DNA of 32,000 nucleotides from Candidatus Electrothrix sp. GW3-4 (GTDB lineage Bacteria; Desulfobacterota; Desulfobulbia; Desulfobulbales; Desulfobulbaceae), in assembly GCF_037902255.1 (NCBI RefSeq), contig NZ_CP147990.1, forward strand, positions 1,320,001 to 1,352,000. The letters are read 5' to 3'. The notes beneath the pieces were generated by a model. It ran no database searches. It had not been told where the DNA came from and saw nothing but the letters and a program-made list of their open reading frames with translations. The position numbers and the translations under genes are program-made. Below are positions 1 to 8,200 of this stretch, in pieces; position 1 is the first letter of the stretch; every line of letters starts with the position of its first letter.

Positions 1-78
1 AGGAAGATGACAGGACAGGGGGAGGAAGATGAAAAGAGTGTCATGTGAGGAATGGTGGGGCCTTGGTATGCCCCCCGT

Positions 79-180
79 CATATGACTCGTATGACCCTGG
101 TCATATGACTCGTATGAGCCGGGGCATACCAACCCATATGAGCCTGGGCATATCAACCCGTATGAGCCTGGGCATACCGG
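79..180. repeat. Tandem direct repeat, about 4.3 units of 23/24 bp (catatgactcgtatgaccctggt / cataccaacccatatgagcctggg)
   Basis: Units read directly at 79-101, 102-124, 125-148 and 149-172, plus a partial unit at 173-180. An internal RTATGA motif recurs every ~11-12 bp. Confidence 0.85.
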
Positions 181-186
181 AAGCCT

Positions 187-214
187 GTAGGGGCACGGCA
201 TGCCGTGCCCCTAC
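187..214. repeat. Perfect 28-bp palindrome gtaggggcacggca|tgccgtgcccctac (REP-like hairpin family)
   Basis: The 14+14 nt are perfectly self-complementary. Related copies lie at 393-420, 567-595, 27739-27766 and 31346-31373. Confidence 0.9.
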
Positions 215-227
215 GCCACCCCGATAC

Positions 228-246
228 CCAGGGTGTTACCCTGGGC
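228..246. repeat. Short GC hairpin cccagggt-gtt-accctggg (second hairpin family)
   Basis: 8-bp stem with a 3-nt loop. Family members lie at 358-374, 31438-31456 and 31482-31500, with loops AAC or GTT (both orientations). Confidence 0.8.
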
Positions 247-357
247 TTATTTGTTGAACCTCTTTGGGGTTCTTTGCTTATGGGGATATTGGAATCTGCT
301 TGGCCTTGGACAGCACCTACAAACTGGAGAACCCTGAAAGGGTTCCGCTATACCAGG

Positions 358-374
358 CCGGGGTAACACCCCGG
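358..374. repeat. Short GC hairpin ccggggt-aac-accccgg, opposite orientation to the copy at 228-246
   Basis: 7-bp stem with a 3-nt loop. Preceded by tataccagg, as in the 31.4-kb copy (tatatcagc). Confidence 0.8.
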
Positions 375-392
375 ACTATCTGCCGCCTGCCT

Positions 393-420
393 GCACGGGC
401 ACGGCGCGCCGTGACCCTAC
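393..420. repeat. Degenerate copy of the REP-like palindrome (gcacgggcacggcgcgccgtgaccctac)
   Basis: Aligns with 187-214. Starts at the stop codon of the gene-end fragment at 417-488, the same arrangement as 567-595 with the intact gene. Confidence 0.7.
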
Positions 421-488
421 GCCTTCCCATCAATCCCCTCCAGAATGGCGCGGATGATGATTGCATTGCACCGCCGGGTGCGATGCAG
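417..488 (-). pseudogene. Orphan 3'-end fragment paralogous to the C-terminus of the CHAT-STAND-TPR gene
   Basis: The minus-strand translation ends ...PLHRTRRCNAIIIRAILEGIDGKA*. The intact gene ends ...PLDYTDAAIVHAILEGIEGDA*. DNA 423-460 aligns with 600-637 (caatcccctccagaatggcg). No upstream ORF body is present. Confidence 0.6.
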
Positions 489-566
489 CGGTGTCCCGGC
501 CCGGTGTTGAAACACCGGTCTATTACCGGGCTGTCCCTCCGGGACGCTGTTGCGAATCATCCGCCT

Positions 567-595
567 GTAGGGGCAACGGCACGCTGTGCCCCTAC
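567..595. terminator. REP-like hairpin overlapping the stop codon of the CHAT gene; probable terminator
   Basis: gtaggggcaacggcacgctgtgcccctac. The TAG stop (592-594, minus strand) forms the first bases of the stem. Confidence 0.6.
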
Positions 596-3500
596 GCATC
601 CCCCTCAATCCCCTCCAGAATGGCGTGGACAATGGCGGCATCCGTGTAATCCAGCGGCTCGGACAGGGTGGCCTCATCGCGTTCACCGTTGAGGATGCGC
701 TGGATAGCGGCGACCAGATTGGCCTTCGGCCCTTCGGCTATCTCGTTCAACCCTTGCTCCAGCTCCTTCCGCACGTCCGGGTCTTCTATAGCTTGCACCA
801 CCGCTACAATCAACTCCTCATACTGGTACAGCCCCTGCCGCCAGCCGGGAAAGGCCAAATACGCCTGCCTGCCCTTGGCCTGGTACTCGGCTGCCTGGCT
901 GCTCTCGCCCTGCTGGTCGGCGATGTGAGCCAGTGGCTTGTAGGTATTCCATATCTGCATTACTGCCGGGTCAAGGGTTTCGCTGATAGCCAGTCCTTCC
1001 TCAGCATAGCCACGGGCCTCGTCCAAACGGGCCGGGTCATTAGCCAGCAGGTCGGCAAGGTTGCTGAGGGTACGGGAGACATTGGGCCAGTCTTCCGCAC
1101 TTTGGAAGACTGTCAATGCTTTGCTATACCACTGTTCCGCCTCTGCCAAGCGGCCTGTGGCCTTGCAGAGTAAGGCGAGTTGGCCCCAGCTACCTCCAGC
1201 CGCATTGTTGCCAGCCAGCAAGCCTTGCTCTTCCTTCAGCCGAGCTGCCTGCCGATAGGCCTGCTCTGCTGCCTCCCAGTGCTTTGCCTGCTGATAGACA
1301 AGGCCGAGTTGGTGCCAGAACACCGCCTCGGAGGCAGGTTCGTTGATGCGCTGGAACAGGGTCAGGGCTTCCTTGTACCGCTCCTCTGCCTCAGCCAGCT
1401 CGTCCTGCTCCTTGGCCAAGGTGCCGAGCTGGCCGAGCACTACACCCGTCTGTCGCTTATCACCTTGCTCTTCAGCAATCTCCAAGCCTGCCTGATAGGC
1501 CTCTTTGGCCTTGCTGTACTCGCCTTGGGCAACCAGCACATCAGCCAGATCTGTCCAGGCAAGGCCGGTCTGCCGTCGCACCCCGTCGTCCTGCTCTAAC
1601 TGAGCCAGTTCCTCCAGCTCCTGCCGATAGCGTCGTTCCGCCTGCCCGGGCTGACCCTGTACCTCAAAGCAGCGGCCCAGTCTGCCCAGAGTCAGGCAGC
1701 GGTTATAGCTGGGCGTCTCCTCCAGTCCGGCCAGGATGTCCGCAAAGACCTGTGCTGCCGCTCCGGGCTGACCGTTCTGGCGAAGCTGCTCGCCAAGGTT
1801 ACTTTGGGCAAGATACCATGCCTGCGAACCCACGGCACTGCCTGCCCTGCCTGCTGCCTCAGTCAGTTCCTCAGCGTCCCGCCGCAGCCCGAAGAAGTAG
1901 AGAAACTTGTTGACCCTTTCGGCAAAGTCAACGCCCTCTTCAGTTTTGTCTGTTTGCAAGGCACTATGGACAGCCCGGAGCAGGTTCGGCAGCTCGTAGC
2001 GGGCAAGGGCGCGGGCCGCATGGGGATTTGTTCTATCCATCTTGTACAGCTCATTGGAAAGCCCGTAGTACGCCTGCCAATAGCGTGCCAGCAACTCGGC
2101 CTGCTCCTCCCTGTCCAGCCGCTGCCACAGGGCCGGGGCCAGGGTGGGGTGGAAGCGGAGAAAGGTTGCATCACTCTCCGCCACCCGCTCGGCCTGCATA
2201 AGTCCGGCTATGAGCAGGTGGTTGCGCAGTTCCTGCCAGTCAGCCTCCTTGAGGCCGGTTATATCCTCTACCATCGCTTCCAGACATCCCCCCTGAAACA
2301 CCCCCAACCGAGGCAGCCATTCCCGGCATTGCGCGGGCAGTCGCTCAATGGACAGCTCCAGGGAGGCAAGCAGGGACCGGTCTGCCTGATTCACCGGCTG
2401 CTCCTCCAGCAGGGCCTCCAGTCGTTCCCCCACATCAGCCGGGCCGCGTACCTTGAGCTGTTGGGCCAGCAGGGAGATGGACAGGGGATGAAAGCCCACC
2501 TTGCGGAACAGGTTGATCAGCACATCGCGGCGGGGTCGCTTGAGCCTGGTCCTGGGCGGCAGACGGCGCAGGCTGTCAAACCAGTCCACGGCATCGTGCG
2601 CTTGCAGGCCCGCCAGGGCAAGGGTTTGGTGCCTGTAGTCGCCTGCCAGGGGATAGCCGGGATGGTTGCAATCCGGTTGCCGGGAGGTGAGCAGCACCCG
2701 ACTGGCCCCGGCCTCAGACCAGGGCAGAGCCGCATCCAGCAGCTCGGCCAGGGTGTTGTCAGCAGCCAGGGACTCCAGGTTATCCAGGATCAGCAGGGTA
2801 GGGGTCTGTGCCAGCGATGCCTGGGCCGCATCCGCATCCACCAGGCTCTGCTCAAAGGTCGTGCTCATGGTCGCAACGGCCATGCTCACCGGGTCGCTGC
2901 TTTGAGAGGCTGCATAGCTGATCATGCAGACCCGCTCGAACAGATGCGTGCGGAGCAGCCAGCGGCCCGCTTCCAGGGCTAAGGCGGTCTTGCCCTGTCC
3001 CCCGAACCCGGTGATGGAGAAACGACGGCAGCCCTCCACGGCCAAGGCCCGTTCGATCTCCCACAGCTCCCTGCTGCGCCCGAAAAAGCCGGAGGGCTGG
3101 GGCTCAGGCAGATTGGAGAGCAGGGCAGGGCGGGGTTCCGGGCTTTCGTTGACCTCGGCACTGAGCAGGGCCATATCCGCCCCGCTCTGATACAGGGCAG
3201 GCAGGAACCAGTCGTACAGGTCCAGCCTGAACTCCTCGGCCAGTCCTGCCCCGCGCAGACGGATGCCGCGCTCTGGGTTAAAGAGGAGGTCGTGCCGGGC
3301 CTCGTCCAGGGATCGGGCCACGGTCGCGCCCACAAACAGGCTGGCATAGAACTCGGCAAAGAGCTGCTCCGCCGTGCTGACCAGCACGCTATGGGTCATG
3401 GCAATGACCGCTGGGATGCCCGCATGAACCAGCCGGGCCGCCACCCCGCTCATGGGATCTTTGCTGTCCATTGCTGCGGACTGACAGGCGGAAAGCACCA

Positions 3501-4374
3501 CCAGGCCTGCATGGTTCTGATGGAGCAGCTGACCCAAGGTCTCGGCCGCAACCCGGTCCTTGTTGCCCTCCTCATCCTCAAACAGGAGCCAGCCCTGCTG
3601 CCTGTCCGAAGCCGTGCCATCGCCCTTGAGATCATCGCCCTTGCCACCCCTGTCCGCCTCGCTGTCCCTGCCAAATACCCCGTGCCCGTCAAAGTGGATG
3701 ATGTCCACCGTGGGCAGTCGGGTATCGCGCAACCGCCTGCGCAGGGCATCCAGGGTCGGGGGCCGGAGAAACTCCACCTCCACCCGTGCCTGCTCCTGCT
3801 TTGCCAGGGCCGAGAGCACGGCATCGGCATCGCGGCGGGGATCAATGAAGGATGCGCCCTCCGGCCTGCTGACAATAAAGAGGAGATGCAGGCCAGTCTT
3901 GGGCGCACGGGGCTGCGGGGTACGGGCATCGCCAGCACTGGGCAGTCCCCGCCGGATGGAGATAGGCGGGTTCTCATTACAGAGATAGGAGCCTCCGGGC
4001 GTGTGGAGCAGCTCCCACGGCAGAGTGAGCACGGCAGGCTCATCAGCAGCAATACTGAGGACGCGGCCTTTCTCCCTACTCTCCAGGAAGCGGTCAAAGA
4101 GCTTGGCCGCCTTGCGCTCGCCTTCCAGAGCGGCCTCAAACAGGGCAGTGCCCCAGACCGGCAGCCGCTCCTGCACTGCGGCAGCCCGGGTATCATCGGG
4201 TTCAGCAGCATAGCTGGTGCCGTAGTCCTCCAGGTACCAGCGGAGTTCGTTGAGGTCTTTTTCTTCCAGGGGATTGATGAACTCGGCAGGTGGGCTGTCG
4301 CCCTCCTCGTTGCCGCGAAGGGAGACCATGACATGGCTGGCATCGGGAAAGGTCAGGCGCAGTTCTATGGACAT
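592..4374 (-). CDS. CHAT-domain protease / NB-ARC-type STAND NTPase / TPR-repeat protein (1260 aa)
   Basis: The ORF-track entry 592..4620 is trimmed to ATG 4374 (MSIELRLTF...), which is preceded by ccccAAGGAGagccccc. Caspase-like His/Cys dyad contexts: IIHFDGHG and LVVLSACQSA. Walker A is GFGGQGKTALA and Walker B is LLILDNLE. The C-terminal ~550 aa are TPR-like repeats. Confidence 0.9.
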   Translation of the reverse strand: MSIELRLTFPDASHVMVSLRGNEEGDSPPAEFINPLEEKDLNELRWYLEDYGTSYAAEPDDTRAAAVQERLPVWGTALFEAALEGERKAAKLFDRFLESREKGRVLSIAADEPAVLTLPWELLHTPGGSYLCNENPPISIRRGLPSAGDARTPQPRAPKTGLHLLFIVSRPEGASFIDPRRDADAVLSALAKQEQARVEVEFLRPPTLDALRRRLRDTRLPTVDIIHFDGHGVFGRDSEADRGGKGDDLKGDGTASDRQQGWLLFEDEEGNKDRVAAETLGQLLHQNHAGLVVLSACQSAAMDSKDPMSGVAARLVHAGIPAVIAMTHSVLVSTAEQLFAEFYASLFVGATVARSLDEARHDLLFNPERGIRLRGAGLAEEFRLDLYDWFLPALYQSGADMALLSAEVNESPEPRPALLSNLPEPQPSGFFGRSRELWEIERALAVEGCRRFSITGFGGQGKTALALEAGRWLLRTHLFERVCMISYAASQSSDPVSMAVATMSTTFEQSLVDADAAQASLAQTPTLLILDNLESLAADNTLAELLDAALPWSEAGASRVLLTSRQPDCNHPGYPLAGDYRHQTLALAGLQAHDAVDWFDSLRRLPPRTRLKRPRRDVLINLFRKVGFHPLSISLLAQQLKVRGPADVGERLEALLEEQPVNQADRSLLASLELSIERLPAQCREWLPRLGVFQGGCLEAMVEDITGLKEADWQELRNHLLIAGLMQAERVAESDATFLRFHPTLAPALWQRLDREEQAELLARYWQAYYGLSNELYKMDRTNPHAARALARYELPNLLRAVHSALQTDKTEEGVDFAERVNKFLYFFGLRRDAEELTEAAGRAGSAVGSQAWYLAQSNLGEQLRQNGQPGAAAQVFADILAGLEETPSYNRCLTLGRLGRCFEVQGQPGQAERRYRQELEELAQLEQDDGVRRQTGLAWTDLADVLVAQGEYSKAKEAYQAGLEIAEEQGDKRQTGVVLGQLGTLAKEQDELAEAEERYKEALTLFQRINEPASEAVFWHQLGLVYQQAKHWEAAEQAYRQAARLKEEQGLLAGNNAAGGSWGQLALLCKATGRLAEAEQWYSKALTVFQSAEDWPNVSRTLSNLADLLANDPARLDEARGYAEEGLAISETLDPAVMQIWNTYKPLAHIADQQGESSQAAEYQAKGRQAYLAFPGWRQGLYQYEELIVAVVQAIEDPDVRKELEQGLNEIAEGPKANLVAAIQRILNGERDEATLSEPLDYTDAAIVHAILEGIEGDA

Positions 4375-4439
4375 GGGGGCTCTCCTTGGGGATGAGTTGG
4401 ATAGGGGGCATACTGGGTTTATGCAGACATGAACGGGCG

Positions 4440-4668
4440 GTTGGGGTGGACACCAATGACCAGTTGGGGTAGACACCAATGACCAGTTGGGGTAGACACC
4501 AATGACCAGTTGGGGTAGACACCAATGGACCAGTTGGGGTAGACACCAATGGACCAGTTGGGGTAGACACCAATGGACCAGTTGGGGTAGACACCAATGA
4601 CCAGTTGGGGTGGACACCAATGACCAGTTGGGGTAGACACCAATGGACCAGTTGGGGTAGACACCAAT
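4440..4668. repeat. Tandem array of 9 full units plus 1 partial unit of 23/24 bp (gttggggtagacaccaatg(g)acca)
   Basis: Unit boundaries were counted directly. Lengths run 23,23,23,24,24,24,23,23,24, then a partial unit. Units 1 and 8 carry tgg instead of tag. Each unit holds the imperfect inverted repeat TTGGGGT-a-gACACCAA. The array lies 66 bp upstream of the CHAT gene start. Confidence 0.95.
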
Positions 4669-4681
4669 AAATGATCGCTGC

Positions 4682-5101
4682 CTATTCCTTGCAGATAGCC
4701 GTGCAGCCCAGGTGCATAACGATCACGCCCAGGGCCACAGCCAGCACCTGCAGGGCATTGCCGGAAAAGCCCATAGCTACCAGGAGGGCCCCAAAGGATT
4801 CCAGGACGGCTTTGCTGCTCAAGTTGCGATATCGCCGCCACTGGGCATGGAGCACCCCGCCTTCCTCGCAGAGGTCGCTATGGGCGGCCTGCTTAAAGCG
4901 CTGCCAGAAGGACTGCGGGTCCTCCCTGGTCACAACAGCAATGATCTGCCACTGTTTCGGGGTGCGTTCAGGAAGCTGCTCAGGTTGCTGAGCAGCCTTG
5001 CTCTCGCTAAGGAAAGAGGGGCTGTTCCGCAGCTCCTTGAGCTGCTCGTCCATATCAAGGCAAAGGGCTTCCAGCTGGTCCGGGCTAAAGGGGGTGGGCA
5101 T
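4682..5101 (-). CDS. Hypothetical small protein (139 aa) with a hydrophobic C-terminal segment
   Basis: The ATG is preceded by ccccAAGGAGcctgacacc, the same CCCCAAGGAG context as the CHAT gene. The C-terminus is SFGALLVAMGFSGNALQVLAVALGVIVMHLGCTAICKE. I recognise no family with confidence. Confidence 0.6.
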   Translation of the reverse strand: MPTPFSPDQLEALCLDMDEQLKELRNSPSFLSESKAAQQPEQLPERTPKQWQIIAVVTREDPQSFWQRFKQAAHSDLCEEGGVLHAQWRRYRNLSSKAVLESFGALLVAMGFSGNALQVLAVALGVIVMHLGCTAICKE

Positions 5102-5207
5102 GGTGTCAGGCTCCTTGGGGGCTGTGAGGAATGTATCTGCTATAGGCTGTCATGAATAACAGCTCAGGATTATACCAGAACAGGGCAGCACACCCCAAGG
5201 GAAAGTT

Positions 5208-8200
5208 TCAGAACAGGCTCAACTGCTTGCCTGCTCGCTTCTTCCGTTTCTTGACAACTCTGGGCGGCTCCTTGAGCAGCTCCGGCGGGATCTCGTTCAG
5301 GAAGGGGGAGGGCCTGCGCTCTTCAAGGCCGCTGAAGCCCTGCCGTTCCTCAGCCCCGGTGAGGTAGAGGACCTCAGCAGCACGGGTCATACCGACAAAG
5401 AAGAGGCGCCGTTCCTCACGAAGATGCTCCTCTTCCTCCTCTGGACTCAGCTCGCTGCGCGGGGTCAGGGGAAGGAGCCCCTCCTCGCAGCCCACCAGAA
5501 ACACGGCCCGGAACTCCAGCCCCTTGGCCGCATGCAGGGTGGTGAGGAGCACGGCCTCGGCCCGCTCATCATAGATCAGGCTGTCCTGATGCCTGCGCAG
5601 GTGCCGGGCAAAGGCAGACAGGGAGGGAGAGGAGGTTGCCATGCTGCGGAAGCGGACCAGTTCTGCTGTCTCCTGGTTAAGCTCGGGGACCGGCCCTGTT
5701 GCCTGAGAGTCCAGCTGGTACTGCGCATAGAGCAGGTCCACGGCCTGGGCAACAGACTTCTCTTTGAGGAGCCGGTCGGCAAGCTCCTGCATTGCCCTGA
5801 TGCCTTGCTGCACAGGCTTTGGCAGATCTACCCCCTGAGCATTGACAGCATCCGCAAGGGCGGTGAGCGGTGCCTTGTCCGGGTGCTCAGAGAGTACGGC
5901 CTCAGCAGCAGCCAGCCCCTTGGCTCCGATCCCCTGTTCCTGGCCAAGGAGGAAGAGCAGCTCCGCAGCATCAACCTGACCGGCAGCCAGCAGGCACCAG
6001 TAGGAGAGACGCTTGAGCTCGCCGCGCAGGTAGAAGGGCTGCATATCCACCACCTGACAGGGCAGGGTGCGTTCGGCCAGGGCCTGGGCAATGGTATCGG
6101 TCTGGCGGGAGGTGCGGTACAGTATAGCTATGTCTGAGAGGGCCAGGCTGCCCCCGTCCTCTGGCGCACCAATAAGGCGATCAATCTCCCGGTGGGAGGT
6201 ACCACCAATGAGTTGCTGGATCTGGCTGGCAATAAAGCTGGCCTCGGCCCTGGCACTGGGGGCAAGGTGGCGGAAGATGGTACCGGGCTGCTCTGAGGCT
6301 GCTTGAGGCGAGCAAGGGCGAACACAGGGATTCGCCCCTCCGCCAGCCTCTTTTTCCTCTTCATGATTAGTCGCAATCACCGCCCCTGCTGCCCGCAGAA
6401 TATCAGCCCCGCTGCGGTAGTTGGTGGCCAGCTGGTGAAACTCTGGTTCCTGCTCCGCGATAAAGCGGTGGAACCAGGCAGGTCGGGAGCCACGAAAGCC
6501 GTAGATGGCCTGGTCCGGGTCGCCAATGGCAAAGACCGTGGCGGTCTCGGCCAGCAGGCGCACCAAGTGGTACTGGGCCGCATTGAGGTCCTGGAACTCA
6601 TCCACCAGCAGATGGGCCGTGGCCTGGCGCAGCTCTTCAGTAAACCCTGTATCAGTGTGAAGCAGGGCAGTACAGGCAGGCACGATCTCGTCCAGGTCCA
6701 GCAGGTTATGCTCACGGAGATAGTGGAAATAGGCCTGCAAGGGGAGGGGACAAGCGCTGGGTTCCGGCAGGACCGCCTGCTCGGCCAGAAAGAGGCCCGC
6801 CTCCTGCCGGAGCTGTCTGCGCTCCCGTTCCGCAAGCTCGGGATACTGCCTGCGGAAGACCCAGCCCCGCATCTCCGGGCCAGCCAGTTGCAGCTCTGGA
6901 TCATGGCGGCGCAGCCAATGGAGGCAAAAGCCGTGAAAGGTATCCACCCGCACGGCCTGCTCTGCTGCTTTCTGTACAGCAGCCAGGCGCTGACGGAGTT
7001 CTTCTGCGGCCTTATTGGTAAAGGTGATTACGGTGATGCGATCCTGTCCCCCTTCCAGCAAGCGGAGGACCCGTTGCACCAGGGTGTGGGTTTTGCCCGT
7101 ACCCGGCCCGGCCTGAACAATGACCCGCCGGGCCTTGCTATCCACAGCAGCTTGTTGCTCCGGGTTGAGTTCCTTCCTGGCCTGCATGGGGCTGACCTGG
7201 CTCTTCCGCCTGCGGACCACTGCCTTTCGGGGGCTCTTCTTGCGAGGCTTGGCCGGGGTCATCCCGAAGAGGTTGAGCTGGCCTGCCAGCTGATTCCGCT
7301 CCTCCTCCTCAAAGACCCGGATTACCCCGAACTCGCCGTCAAAGCCGGGCCTGCGGATGACCTTGTTCTCCCGTACCCGCTGGATCGCTGTGCCCAGCAG
7401 GGGCGAGGCCGTGTTGAGCTCCTCTACCGGGGTATCCAGCAGGATCTGAAACTCGGAGCCGAAGCTCTTGATCAGCTTGCTGTAGACCGCACCCACCTTC
7501 TTGGTGGCTGGCCCGCAGCTGAAGAGCTCGCCCAGCATCTCGGCCAGGGGAATCAGGCTATGCACTGCTGGAGAACCCTCGGGCCATTGCGGCTTGTCCC
7601 GGTCTGCCAGTTCCATGACCCGGTAGAGTACCCCAATGGTCATGGGGCGGCCGCATTCCGGGCAGAGGCCCTCGACCTCCACGGTCTGGGCTGGTTCCAG
7701 ACAGACCCCGCATTTGCGGTGGCCGTCGCAATGGTACTTGCCCTCTTCCGGGTAGAATTCCACCGTGGCCTGGAAGCGCTGCTTGCCCTGGTCGTCCACC
7801 GGTCTGCGCAGGGCCTCCTTAAGGGCAGGGAAGCTCAGCTCGGTGGTGAATATATTGGCCTCGCGGCCCAGCTTGGACGGGGAATGGCAGTCGGAGTTGG
7901 AGATCAGGGAGAAGCGGTCCAGGGCCGATATATGGCGGTTCATCTCCGGGTCAGAGGACAGGCCGGTCTCCAGGGCAAAGATCTCGCTGCTCAGGTCGTC
8001 AAAGCATTCCTCAATAGCATCAAAGCCAGACTTAGAACCGAACAGGGAGAACCAGGGGGTCCAGATATGGGCAGGCACCAGGAAGCCCTCCGGGGCCTGC
8101 TCCAGCAGGATCTCCAGCAGGATCTTGGAGTCCAGGCCCAGGATGGGCCGTCCGTCCGACTCCAGGTTGCCGATCCCGGCCAGGACTGTGTTGATGCGGC

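Noticed and set aside
417-660. Diversity-generating retroelement TR/VR pair at the CHAT gene 3' end
   Set aside because: The similarity spans only ~70 bp and includes the stop codon and terminator hairpin. Differences are not adenine-specific. No reverse transcriptase gene is in the window. The C-terminus is TPR-like, not a C-type-lectin-type variable domain.
45-692. ORFs 45..257, 264..692 and 417..686 in the left intergenic region
   Set aside because: They are built from tandem repeats and palindromic hairpins (for example MSLGISTRMSLGIP). They lack an RBS and have no protein-like composition.
4375-4620. The N-terminal 82-aa extension of the 1342-aa ORF (MVSTPTGHWCLPQLV... repeats)
   Set aside because: It is just the tandem DNA array read through. 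The array lacks minus-strand stops, and all three frames are open across parts of it. A strong AAGGAG RBS precedes the internal ATG at 4374, where real protein-like sequence begins.
4440-4668. CRISPR array
   Set aside because: The units are directly abutting with no unique spacers, and the unit length of 23/24 bp is below typical repeat+spacer periodicity. There are no cas genes in the window.
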